The position numbers and the translations under genes were made by a program. A DNA stretch of 64,000 nt. It comes from the human T2T-CHM13v2.0 reference genome, Homo sapiens. The notes under the pieces were generated by a model that was not told the origin of the DNA, did not search any database, and was given only the letters and a program-made list of their open reading frames with translations. Where the stretch lies: assembly GCF_009914755.1 (NCBI RefSeq), contig NC_060939.1; one strand, given 5' to 3'. Shown one piece after another: positions 30,371-42,912 of the stretch. The stretch's first letter is position 1. Every line of letters begins with the position of its first letter.

Positions 30371-31655
30371 TTTTTTGCAAAAGAAGCTCAAGTACATCTA
30401 ATCTAATCCCTTACCAAGGCCTGAATTCTTCACTTCTGACATCCCAGATTTGATCTCCCTACAGAATGCTGTACAGAACTGGCGAGTTGATTTCTGGACT
30501 TGGATACCTCATAGAAACTACATATGAATAAAGATCCAATCCTAAAATCTGGGGTGGCTTCTCCCTCGACTGTCTCGAAAAATCGTACCTCTGTTCCCCT
30601 AGGATGCCGGAAGAGTTTTCTCAATGTGCATCTGCCCGTGTCCTAAGTGATCTGTGACCGAGCCCTGTCCGTCCTGTCTCAAATATGTACGTGCAAACAC
30701 TTCTCTCCATTTCCACAACTACCCACGGCCCCTTGTGGAACCACTGGCTCTTTGAAAAAAATCCCAGAAGTGGTTTTGGCTTTTTGGCTAGGAGGCCTAA
30801 GCCTGCTGAGAACTTTCCTGCCCAGGATCCTGTGTGACCAAAAGTGCCTCTGCTGGGAGCTGGGATCCTCGGGACCATGCTTGCTAGCGCTGGATGAGTC
30901 TCTGGAAGGACGCACGGGACTCCGCAAAGCTGACCTGTCCCACCGAGGTCAAATGGATACCTCTGCATTGGCCCGAGGCCTCCGAAGTACATCACCGTCA
31001 CCAACCGTCACCGTCAGCATCCTTGTGAGCCTGCCCAAGGCCCCGCCTCCGGGGAGACTCTTGGGAGCCCGGCCTTCGTCGGCTAAAGTCCAAAGGGATG
31101 GTGACTTCCACCCACAAGGTCCCCACTGAACGGCGAAGATGTGGAGCGTAGGTCAGAGAGGGGACCAGGAGGGGAGACGTCCCGACAGGCGACGAGTTCC
31201 CAAGGCTCTGGCCACCCCACCCACGCCCCACGCCCCACGTCCCGGGCACCCGCGGGACACCGCCGCTTTATCCCCTCCTCTGTCCACAGCCGGCCCCACC
31301 CCACCACGCAACCCACGCACACACGCTGGAGGTTCCAAAACCACACGGTGTGACTAGAGCCTGACGGAGCGAGAGCCCATTTCACGAGGTGGGAGGGGTG
31401 GGGGTGGGGTGGGTTGGGGGTTGTGGGGTCTGTGGCGAGCCCGATTCTCCCTCTTGGGTGGCTACAGGCTAGAAATGAATATCGCTTCTTGGGCGGAGGG
31501 GCTTCCTTAGGCCATCACCGCTTGCGGGACTACCTCTCAAACCCTCCCTTGAGGCCACAAAATAGATTCCACCCCACCCATCGACGTTTCCCCCGGGTGC
31601 TGGATGTATCCTGTCAAGAGACCTGAGCCTGACACCGTCGAATTAAACACCTTGA

Positions 31656-31889
<234 letters not shown>

Positions 31890-31934
31890 TAGATTCGAGC
31901 CACACCTCATTCCGTGCCACAGAGAGACTTCTTT

Positions 31935-34900
31935 TTTTTTTTTTTTTTAAGCGCAACGCAACATGTCTGCCTTATTTGAGTGGCTTCCTATATCATTATA
32001 ATTGTGTTATAGATGAAGAAACGGTATTAAACACTGTGCTAATGATAGTGAAAGTGAAGACAAAAGAAAGGCTATCTATTTTGTGGTTAGAATAAAGTTG
32101 CTCAGTATTTAGAGCTACCTAAATACGTCAGCATTTACACTCTTCCTAGTAAAAGCTGGCCAATCTGAATAATCCTCCTTTAAACAAACACAATTTTTGA
32201 TAGGGTTAAGATTTTTTTAAGAATGCGACTCCTGCAAAATAGCTGAACAGACGATACACATTTAAAAAAATAACAACACAAGGATCAACCAGACTTGGGA
32301 AAAAATCGAAAACCACACAAGTCTTATGAAGAACTGAGTTCTTAAAATAGGACGGAGAACGTAGCTATCGGAAGAGAAGGCAGTATTGGCAAGTTGATTG
32401 TTACGTTGGTCAGCAGTAGCTGGCACTATCTTTTTGGCCATCTTTCGGGCAATGTAACTACTACAGCAAAATGAGATATGATCCATGAAACAACATATTC
32501 GCAAATCAAAAAGTGTTTCAGTAATATAATGCTTCAGATTTAGAAGCAAATCAAATGATAGAACTCCACTGCTGTAATAAGTCACCCCAAAGATCACCGT
32601 ATCTGACAAAATAACTACCACAGGGTTATGACTTCAGAATCATACTTTCTCTTGATATTTACTTATGTATGTATTTATTTTTTTTAATTTATTTCTCTTG
32701 AGACGGCGTCTCGCTCTGTCGCCCAGGCTGGAGTGCGATGGTGTGATCTCGGCTCACTGCAACCGCCACCTCCCTGGGTTCAAGCGATTCTCCTGCCTCA
32801 GCCTCCCGAGTAGCTGGGACTACAGGTGCCCGCCACCACGCCCAGCTAATCTTTATACTTTTAATAGAGACGGGGTTTCACCGTGTCGGCCCGGATGGTC
32901 TCGATCTCTTGACCTCGTGACCCGCCCGCCTCGGCCTCCCAAAGTGCTGGGATGACAGGCGTGAGCCACTGAGCCCGGCCTTCTCTTGACGTTTAAACTA
33001 TGAAGTCAGTCCAGAGAAACGCAATAAATGTCAACGGTGAGGATGGTGTTGAGGCAGAAGTAGGACCACACTTTTTCCTATCTTATTCAGTTGATAACAA
33101 TATGACCTAGGTAGTAATTTCCTATGTGCCTACTTATACACGAGTACAAAAGAGTAAAACAGAGAGACTGCTAAATTAAAGGGTACGTGAAGTTCTTCAT
33201 AGTAACTCCGTAAACTGGAACACTGTCAAAAAGCAGCAGCTAGTGAATTGTTTCCATGTATTTTTCTATGATCCAATAAGTGAACTATGCTATTCCTTTC
33301 CAGTCTCCCAAGCACTTCTTGTCCCCATCACCACTTCGGTGCTCGAAGAAAAAGTAACAAATCAAGGAACACAACTAAAGAAACACACACACAAACCAAA
33401 GACAACTACAGCGTCTGCAAAAGTTTGCTAGAAGACTGAAACTGTTGAGTATAAGGATCTGGTATTCTACGATGATCATGAGTTCACTTCAGAGTTTGTT
33501 CAAGACATACGTTTCGTAAGGAAACATCTTAGTTAGAAGTTATTCAGCAGTAGGTACCATCCCTAAGTATTTTTCACCAAATTCGTGACAATAAAGAGCT
33601 ATCTAACCAGAAAAATTAGCGAGTACCGGCACCATCCATAGGGCTTTGTCTTTACGCTTCATTAGCACTTACCATGCCTTACAATGTCTAGGATTGACCC
33701 TGATAGCATTTCGAAAACAAGCTAATGCTTTGTCCAGTTCTTCAGTGAAGACAAGCTCACGCCCTAATGCGCTATAGGCATAAGCATCATTTGGATCCAC
33801 TTCGAGAGTTCTCTGGAAGAATTGAATCGCAATATCGTGTTCCCGTTGCAGACCGAAACAGTTCCCTGCAGCACACCAGGCCTCTGGCTGGCGAATTTTT
33901 ATCCATGTCTGTGAAGTCTTTGGACAGAACTGAAAGAGCAACCTCTTTCGGAGGATGCCAAAGTGTTGTAGAGTAGATCTCCATGCCTTCGACTCTGTAA
34001 TTCTCAATCCTCCTAACCTCTGAGAATTGTCTTTCAGCTTGCGTGGACTCTGAAAGTTTACAATAGGCCCTTCCGATTTGGCACAGTACCCAACCGGTAT
34101 TGCAGTGGTGAGAAGCTAGATGGCTCAAGATGCTGATAGCTTCTTTGCCGTGGTAAGAACACAAAGCTAAATAACCTTTCCCCCTTTCACGAAGAAGGCT
34201 CATCAAGCCTTCCGCTGCTGCTTTTTGTAGATTAAAAGCCTGAATCTGAGGCGCGATTGCGGCTATTTTCCCTTCTGAAATGACGGAAGAGTCCAATTTT
34301 GTCACTTCCAGGCTATCACTTATGTTCGGTGGAGTTATTGCTCCTTTATTAGTTTTACTTTTGGTTCTTCTGTTTGGGATTTTAGGTGGAAACTTCATTT
34401 TTAATTTTCTCCTATTCTCCTCGGTTGTGGAGCTGTCACTAGTCAAGAGTCGTGAATTTCTTCGAGGCGGTGCATTTGGGGGAGATGCCATAGTGGGGCT
34501 CAATACCTGAGGTGTTGCCCTTGTCGGCGGACCAGAACTTTGTGTTTTTGCAAGGACTGGAGTTACCTTTCGGCTCTTTCCCCTCTGCGAGAAGACAGAC
34601 GGTGTTCCGGTTTGGCCGATTCTGGCAACAGGCTTTTCTGAAGGGGCTCCGGTGGATGGCACGTCAATGACAGACGGTGTCTCATACCAGTGCAGTTTTG
34701 TCAATAGGGTCCGTCTCCGGGACTTGGGGTTTCTAATGGCAAAATGCCAACACTTGGGGTTAATGGACTAACAGCTGCTGGTCCTCCTAATAAACTTCGA
34801 CCAGTTTTTGGTTTATGTTGAACCTGTTTAGATCATATGGAAGTTCCTGTTCCCAGTGGGACAGTATCAGGTGAAAGGACAGCTGAATCGATAGAAGACA

Positions 34901-35733
34901 CTGGGGAGTCTGTATTCAAGGAGTACTTTGAATTGGAAGATTCTAAATTCCATCCGTTTCATTCGACGGTGTCCTGGGGTGTTTCCGTAAGAACGGTCTC
35001 GGGCTGTCTGTGACATAAACTAGGACGAGGTCCAAGTGTTGTGGCGCAACACTTGGACAGGCAGTTGCTAAAGCTCTCTAGAGAGGTGAATCAAAATGTT
35101 TGGTCAGGATCTGGCTTTTCCCCCCTATTTCACATCATGATTCAAAGGGACACCAGAGGAAAGGATTTCAACGAAGGCTCTTTTGGTCACATTCTGATCC
35201 TTTGGTAAGCCGATCTGTCTTGCAATATACATGTCCCGACGATGGAAGGGGAAAGCGAGCTGAATCACCAAACTCAGGAACGATAATATCATCGTGGCTT
35301 TTCTGCTTATGAAACACTCCACCCGATAAGATTTGATCCCCTTCTGCAAGCTTGCTGAGATCAACACAACATTTCGCAAGCAGGCATTTGCATTGCGGGG
35401 TAGTACAACTGTGTCCTTTCAAGAGTCTATATGTTTTATAGGCCTTTCCTGAGCGGTAAGAACAGGTCGCCAGTAAGAACAAGGCTTCTTCTGAGTGTAC
35501 TTCTGCATAAAGGCGTTCTGCGGGGGAAACCGCATCTCGGTAGGCATAGTGGTTTAGTGCTTGCCATATAGCAGCCTGGACGGGTCCCTGCAGCACCGCC
35601 ATCCTCGAGGCTCAGGCCCACTTTCTGCAGTGCCACAGGCACCCCCCCCCCCCCCCATAGCGGCTCCGGCCCGGCCAGCCTCGGCTCATTTAAAGGCACC
35701 AGCCGCCGTTACCGGGGGATGGGGGAGTCCGAG
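31935..35733 (-). pseudogene. CDC27P: CDC27 (APC3) retro-pseudogene: 5'UTR + spliced CDS up to the TPR region (35602-33673) + putative intron-derived 3' part + poly(A); frameshifts and stops
   Basis: ORF fragments MAVLQGPVQAAIWQALNHYAYRDA..., ..QAFNLQKAAAEGLMSLLRE.GKGYLALCSY.. and EAWCAAGNCF.LQREHDIAI.FFQR..VDPN.AYAY..LG.E.V.TEELDKALACFRNAIRVNPRH match human CDC27; no introns across the CDS; T-run at 31932-31948; 14/16 TSD. Confidence 0.93.
32662..32980 (-). mobile_element. Alu (AluSc/Y-like) inside the CDC27 retrocopy 3' portion
   Basis: Full-length body; TSD-like TTCTCTTGA(TA/CG)TTTA at 32647-32661 and 32981-32995. Confidence 0.92.
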
Positions 35734-36258
35734 ACAGAATGACTTCTTTATCCTGCTGACTCTGGAAAGCCCGGCGCCTTGTGATCCATTGCAAACCGAG
35801 AGTCACCTCGTGTTTAGAACACGGATCCACTCCCAAGTTCAGTGGGGGGATGTGAGGGGTGTGGCAGGTAGGACGAAGGACTCTCTTCCTTCTGATTCGG
35901 TCTGCACAGTGGGGCCTAGGGCTGGAGCTCTCTCCGTGCGGACCGCTGACTCCCTCTACCTTGGGTTCCCTCGGCCCCACCCTGGAACGCCGGGCCTTGG
36001 CAGATTCTGGCCCTTCCTGGCCCTTCAGTCGCTGTCAGAAACCCCATCTCATGCTCGGATGCCCCGAGTGACTGTGGCTCGCACCTCTCCGGAAACATTG
36101 GAAATCTCTCCTCTACGCGCGGCCACCTGAAACCACAGGAGCTCGGGACACACGTGCTTTCGGGAGAGAATGCTGAGAGTCTCTTGCCGACTCTCTCTTG
36201 ACTTGAGTTCTTCGTGGGTGCGTGGTTAAGACGTAGTGAGACCAGATGTATTAACTCA

Positions 36259-36423
36259 GGCCGGGTGCTGGTGGCTCACGCCTGTAACCCCAACACTTTG
36301 GGAGGCCGAGGCCGTAGGATCCCTCGAGGAATCGCCTAACCCTGGGGAGGTTGAGGTTGCAGTGAGTGAGCCATAGTTGTGTCACTGTGCTCCAGTCTGG
36401 GCGAAAGACAGAATGAGGCCCTG
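36259..36423 (+). mobile_element. Alu, internally deleted, followed by (GGCA)n
   Basis: GGCCGGGTGCTGGTGGCTCACGCCTGTAACCCC..ACTTTGGGAGGCCGAGG...GAGGTTGCAGTGAG. Confidence 0.8.
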
Positions 36424-36519
36424 CCACAGGCAGGCAGGCAGGCAGGCAGGCAGAAAGACAACAGCTGTATTATGTTCTTCTCAGGGTAGGAAGCAAAAAT
36501 AACAGAATACAGCACTTAA

Positions 36520-36821
<302 letters not shown>

Positions 36822-36868
36822 GGCTACGTTTATTTATTTATTTTTTTAATTATTTTACTTTTTTTTAG

Positions 36869-37221
<353 letters not shown>

Positions 37222-37276
37222 TATTTATCTATTTATTAACTTTGAGTCCAGGTTATGAAACCAGTTAGTTTTTGTA

Positions 37277-37403
37277 ATTTTTTTTTTTTTTTTTTTTTTT
37301 TGAGACGAGGTTTCACCGTGTTGCCAAGGCTTGGACCGAGGGATCCACCGGCCCTCGGCCTCCCAAAAGTGCGGGGATGACAGGCGCGAGCCTACCGCGC
37401 CCG
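37277..37403 (-). mobile_element. Alu left-monomer fragment
   Basis: GAGACGAGGTTTCACCGTGTTG..CTCGGCCTCCCAAAAGTGC. Confidence 0.75.
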
Positions 37404-37919
37404 GACCCCCCCTTTCCCCTTCCCCCGCTTGTCTTCCCGACAGACAGTTTCACGGCAGAGCGTTTGGCTGGCGTGCTTAAACTCATTCTAAATAGAAATT
37501 TGGGACGTCAGCTTCTGGCCTCACGGACTCTGAGCCGAGGAGTCCCCTGGTCTGTCTATCACAGGACCGTACACGTAAGGAGGAGAAAAATCGTAACGTT
37601 CAAAGTCAGTCATTTTGTGATACAGAAATACACGGATTCACCCAAAACACAGAAAGCAGTCTTTTAGAAATGGCCTTAGCCCTGGTGTCCGTGCCAGTGA
37701 TTCTTTTCGGTTTGGACCTTGACTGAGAGGATTCCCAGTCGGTCTCTCGTCTCTGGACGGAAGTTCCAGATGATCCGATGGGTGGGGGACTTAGGCTGCG
37801 TCCCCCCAGGAGCCCTGGTCGATTAGTTGTGGGGATCGCCTTGGAGGGCGCGGTGACCCACTGTGCTGTGGGAGCCTCCATCCTTCCCCCCACCCCCTCC
37901 CCAGGGGATCCCAATTCAT

Positions 37920-38105
37920 TCCGGGCTGACACGCTCACTGGCAGGCGTCGGGCATCACCTAGCGGTCACTGTTACTCTGAAAACGGAGGCCTCACAGAGG
38001 AAGGGAGCACCAGGCCGCCTGCGCACAGCCTGGGGCAACTGTGTCTTCTCCACCGCCCCCGCCCCCACCTCCAAGTTCCTCCCTCCCTTGTTGCCTAGGA
38101 AATCG
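37920..38105. promoter_or_regulatory. Putative regulatory module copy B (CTCF-like + X-box-like)
   Basis: TCGGGCATCACCTAGCGGTCACTGTTA 37948-37974, AGCCTGGGGCAAC 38027-38039, GTTGCCTAGGAAAT 38090-38103. Confidence 0.5.
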
Positions 38106-38207
38106 CCACTTTGACGACCGGGTCTGATTGACCTTTGATCAGGCAAAAACGAACAAACAGATAAATAAATAAAATAACACAAAAGTAACTAACTAAATAA
38201 AATAAGT

Positions 38208-38358
38208 CAATACAACCCATTACAATACAATAAGATACGATACGATAGGATGCGATAGGATACGATAGGATACAATACAATACGATACGATACGATACAA
38301 TACAATACAATACAATACAATACAATACAATACAATACAATACAATACAATACAATAC
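38208..38358 (+). repeat. (TACAA)n/(TACGA)n pentanucleotide repeat
   Basis: Direct read. Confidence 0.95.
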
Positions 38359-38700
<342 letters not shown>

Positions 38701-38729
38701 AATAAATAAATAAAATAAAATAAATAAAT

Positions 38730-39195
<466 letters not shown>

Positions 39196-39529
39196 TTAAC
39201 TTCATTTTATGTTATTATCATGATTGATGTTTCGAGACGGAGTCTCGGAGGCCCGCCCTCCCTGGTTGCCCAGACAACCCCGGGAGACAGACCCTGGCTG
39301 GGCCCGATTGTTCTTCTCCTTGGTCAGGGGTTTCCTTGTCTTTCTTCGTGTCTTTAACCCGCGTGGACTCTTCCGCTCGGGTTTGACAGATGGCAGCTCC
39401 ACTTTAGGCCTTGTTGTTGTTGGGGACTTTCCTGATTCTCCCCAGATGTAGTGAAAGCAGGTAGATTTGCCTTGCCTGGACTTGCCTGGCCTTGCCTTTT
39501 CTTTCTTTCTTTCTTTATTACTTTCTCTT

Positions 39530-39861
39530 TTTCTTCTTCTTCTTCTTCTTCTTCTTCTTCTTCTTCTTCTTTTTTTTTTTGAGACAGAGTTTCACTCTTG
39601 TTGCCCAGGCTAGAGGGCAATGGTGCGATCTCGGCTCACCGCACCCTCCGCCTCCCAGGTTCAAGCGATTCTCCTGCCTCAGCCTCCTGATTAGCTGGGA
39701 TTACAGGCATGGGCCACCGTGCCTGGCTGATGTTTGTACTTTTAGTAGAGACGGTGTTTTTCCATGTTGGTCAGGCTGGTCTCCCACTCCCAACCTCAGG
39801 TGGTCCGCCTGCCTTAGCCTCCCAAAGTGCTGGGATGACAGGCGTGAGCCACCGCGCCCAG

Positions 39862-39863
<2 letters not shown>
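39530..39863 (-). mobile_element. Alu with (TTC)n tail
   Basis: GAGACAGAGTTTCACTCTTGTTGCCCAGGC...GTGAGCCACCGCGCCCAGCC. Confidence 0.92.
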
Positions 39864-39914
<51 letters not shown>

Positions 39915-40561
39915 CGCTTGCTTGCTTGCTTTCGTGCTTTCTTGCTTTCCCGTTTTCTTGCTTTCTTTCTTTCTTTCGTTTCTTTCATGCTTGCTTTCTT
40001 GCTTGCTTGCTTGCTTTCGTGCTTTCTTGCTTTCCTGTTTTCTTTTTCTTTCTTTCTTTCTTTCTTTCTTTTGTTTCTTTCTTGCTTGCTTTCTTGCTTG
40101 CTTGCTTGCTTTCGTGCTTTCTTGCTTTCCTGTTTTCTTTCTTTCTTTCTTTCTTTTGTTTCTTTCTTGCTTGCTTTCTTGCTTGCTTGCTTTCGTGCTT
40201 TCTTGTTTTCTCGATTTCTTTCTTTCTTTTGTTTCTTTCCTGCTTGCTTTCTTGCTTGATTGCTTTCGTGCTTTCTTGCTTTCTTGTTTTCTTTCTTTCT
40301 TTTGTTTCTTTCTTTCTTGCTTCCTTGTTTTCTTGCTTTCTTGCTTGCTTGCTTTCGTGCTTTCTTGTTTTCTTGCTTTCTTTCTTTTGTTTCTTTCTTG
40401 CTTGCTTTCTTGCTTCCTTGTTTTCTTGCTTTCTTGCTTGCTTGCTTTCGTGCTTTCTTTCTTGCTTTCTTTTCTTTCTTTCTTTTCTTTTTCTTTCTTT
40501 CTTGCTTTCTTTTCTTTCATTCATTCATTCTTTCTTTCTTTCCTTTCTTTCTTTCTTTCTT

Positions 40562-40608
<47 letters not shown>

Positions 40609-40610
40609 GT
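39864..40610 (+). repeat. (CT)n followed by a complex CTTG/CTTT minisatellite with recurring GCTTTCGTGCTTT unit
   Basis: TTCGTGCTTT anchor at ~39931, 40016, 40111, 40192, 40265, 40354, 40447. Confidence 0.9.
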
Positions 40611-40616
40611 TTCGTC

Positions 40617-40911
<295 letters not shown>

Positions 40912-41991
40912 TGTTGACTCATTTCGCTTTTTTATTTCTTTCGTTTCCACGCGTTTACTTATATGTATTAATGTAAACGTTTCTGTACGCTTATATGCAA
41001 ACAACGACAACGTGTATCTCTGCGTTGAATACTCTTGCGTATGGTAAATACGTATCGGTTGTATGGAAATAGACTTCTGTATGATAGATGTAGGTGTTTG
41101 TGTTATACAAATAAATACACATCGCTCTATAAAGAAGGGATCGTCGATAAAGACGTTTATTTTACGTATGAAAAGCGTCGTATTTATGTGTGTAAATGAA
41201 CGAGCGTACGTAGTTATCTCTGTTTTCTTTCTTCCTCTCCTTCGTGTTTTTCTTCCTTCCTTTCTTCCTTTCTCTCCTTCTTTAGGTTTTTCTTCCTCTC
41301 TTCCTTTCCTTCTTTCTCTCTTTCTGTCCTTTTTTCCTTCGTGCTTTATTTCTCTTTCGTTCCCTGTGTTTCCTTCTTTTTTCTTTCCTCTCTGTTTCTT
41401 TTTCCCTTCTTTCCTTCGTTTCTTTCCTCATTCTTTCTCTCTTTTTCGTGTTTCTTTCCTTTCCGTCTGTCTTTTAAAAAATGGAGTGTTTCAGAAGTTT
41501 ACTTTGTGTATCTACGTTTTCTAAATTGTCTCTCTTTTCTCCATTTTCTTCCTCCCTCCCTCCCTCCCTCCCTCCCTGCTCCCTTCCCTCCCTCCTTCCC
41601 TTTCGCCATCTGTCTCTTTTCCCCACTCCCCTCCCCCCGTCTGTCTCTGCGTGGATTCCGGAAGAGCCTACGCATTCTGCCTCTCCGTGTGTCTGCAGCG
41701 ACCCGCGACCGAGTCCTTGTGTGTTCTTTCTCCCTCCCTCCCTCCCTCCCTCCCTCCCTCCCTCCCTGCTTCCGAGAGGCATCTCCAAACACCCACGCGC
41801 CGTGGGTTGTCTTCTGACTCTGTCGCGGTCGAGGCAGAGACGCGTTTTGGGCACCGTTTGTGTGGGGTTGGGGCAGAGGGGCTGCGTTTTCGGCCTCGGG
41901 AAGAGCTTCTCGACTCACGGTTTCGCTTTCGCGGTCCACGGGCCGCCCTGCCAGCCGGATCTGTCTCGCTGACGTCCGCGGCGGTTGTCGG

Positions 41992-42007
41992 GCTCCATCT
42001 GGCGGCC
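41992..42007 (-). promoter_or_regulatory. CTCF-like motif upstream of the spacer promoter
   Basis: Minus strand GGCCGCCAGATGGAGC fits the CTCF core; CTCF binding just upstream of the rDNA spacer promoter is established for human and mouse. Confidence 0.65.
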
Positions 42008-42049
42008 GCTTTGAGATCGTGCTCTCGGCTTCCGGAGCTGCGGTGGCAG

Positions 42050-42200
42050 CTGCCGAGGGAGGGGACCGTCCCCGCTGTGAGCTAGGCAGAGCTCCGGAAA
42101 GCCCGCGGTCGTCAGCCCGGCTGGCCCGGTGGCGCCAGAGCTGTGGCGCGTCGCTTGTGAGTCACAGCTCTGGCGTGCAGGTTTATGTGGGGGAGAGGCT
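42050..42200 (+). promoter_or_regulatory. Putative Pol I spacer promoter (predicted start ~42187)
   Basis: GAGTC...TGG..GCAGGTTTAT|G aligns with gene-promoter GAGTC...TGGG.CGCCGGGTTATT|G; Sal-like box ~60 bp downstream. Confidence 0.55.
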
Positions 42201-42212
42201 GTCGCTGCGCTT

Positions 42213-42235
42213 CTGGGCCCGCGGCGGGCGTGGGG
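42213..42235 (+). ncRNA. MIR6724: miR-6724-5p match
   Basis: CTGGGCCCGCGGCGGGCGTGGGG (recalled miRBase sequence). Confidence 0.6.
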
Positions 42236-42245
42236 CTGCCCGGGC

Positions 42246-42256
42246 CGGTCGACCAG
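42246..42256 (+). terminator. Spacer terminator-like Sal box (Tsp)
   Basis: CGGTCGACCAG, 10/11 match to the Sal box. Confidence 0.7.
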
Positions 42257-42718
42257 CGCGCCGTAGCTCCCGAGGCCCGAGCCGCGACCCGCGGGGACCC
42301 GCCGCGCGTGGCGCGGGAGGCTGGGGACGCCCTTCCCGGCCCGGTCGCGGGTCCGCGCTCATCCTGGCCGTCTGAGGCGGCGGCCGAATTCGTTTCCGAG
42401 TCCCCGTGGGGAGCCGGGGACCGTCCCGCCCCCGTCCCCCGGGTGCCGGGGAGCGGTCCCCGGGCCGGGCCGCGGTCCCTCTGCCGCGATCCTTTCTGGC
42501 GAGTCCCCGTGCGGAGTCGGAGAGCGCTCCCTGAGCGCGCGTGCGGCCCGAGAGGTCGCGCCTGGCCGGCCTTCGGTCCCTCGTGTGTCCCGGTCGTAGG
42601 AGGGGCCGGCCGAAAATGCTTCCGGCTCCCGCTCTGGAGACACGGGCCGGCCCCCTGCGTGTGGCACGGGCGGCCGGGAGGGCGTCCCCGGCCCGGCGCT
42701 GCTCCCGCGTGTGTCCTG

Positions 42719-42729
42719 GGGTTGACCAG
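42719..42729 (+). terminator. Promoter-proximal terminator T0-like Sal box (~-176)
   Basis: GGGTTGACCAG just upstream of the UCE. Confidence 0.75.
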
Positions 42730-42738
42730 AGGGCCCCG

Positions 42739-42912
42739 GGCGCTCCGTGTGTGGCTGCGATGGTGGCGTTTTTGGGGACAGGTGTCCGTGTCGCGCGTCG
42801 CCTGGGCCGGCGGCGTGGTCGGTGACGCGACCTCCCGGCCCCGGGGGAGGTATATCTTTCGCTCCGAGTCGGCATTTTGGGCCGCCGGGTTATTGCTGAC
42901 ACGCTGTCCTCT
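42739..42912 (+). promoter_or_regulatory. RNA polymerase I promoter: UCE (~42739-42788) and core (~42850-42912); TSS +1 = 42895
   Basis: GGAGGTATATCTTTCGCTCCGAG...GCCGGGTTATT|GCTGACACGCTGTCCTCTGGCG is the human 47S start. Confidence 0.95.

Noticed and set aside
33787-34704. 305-aa CDC27-like ORF as a functional gene
   Set aside because: It is an internal fragment of a frameshifted retrocopy; the native ATG frame stops after 144 aa
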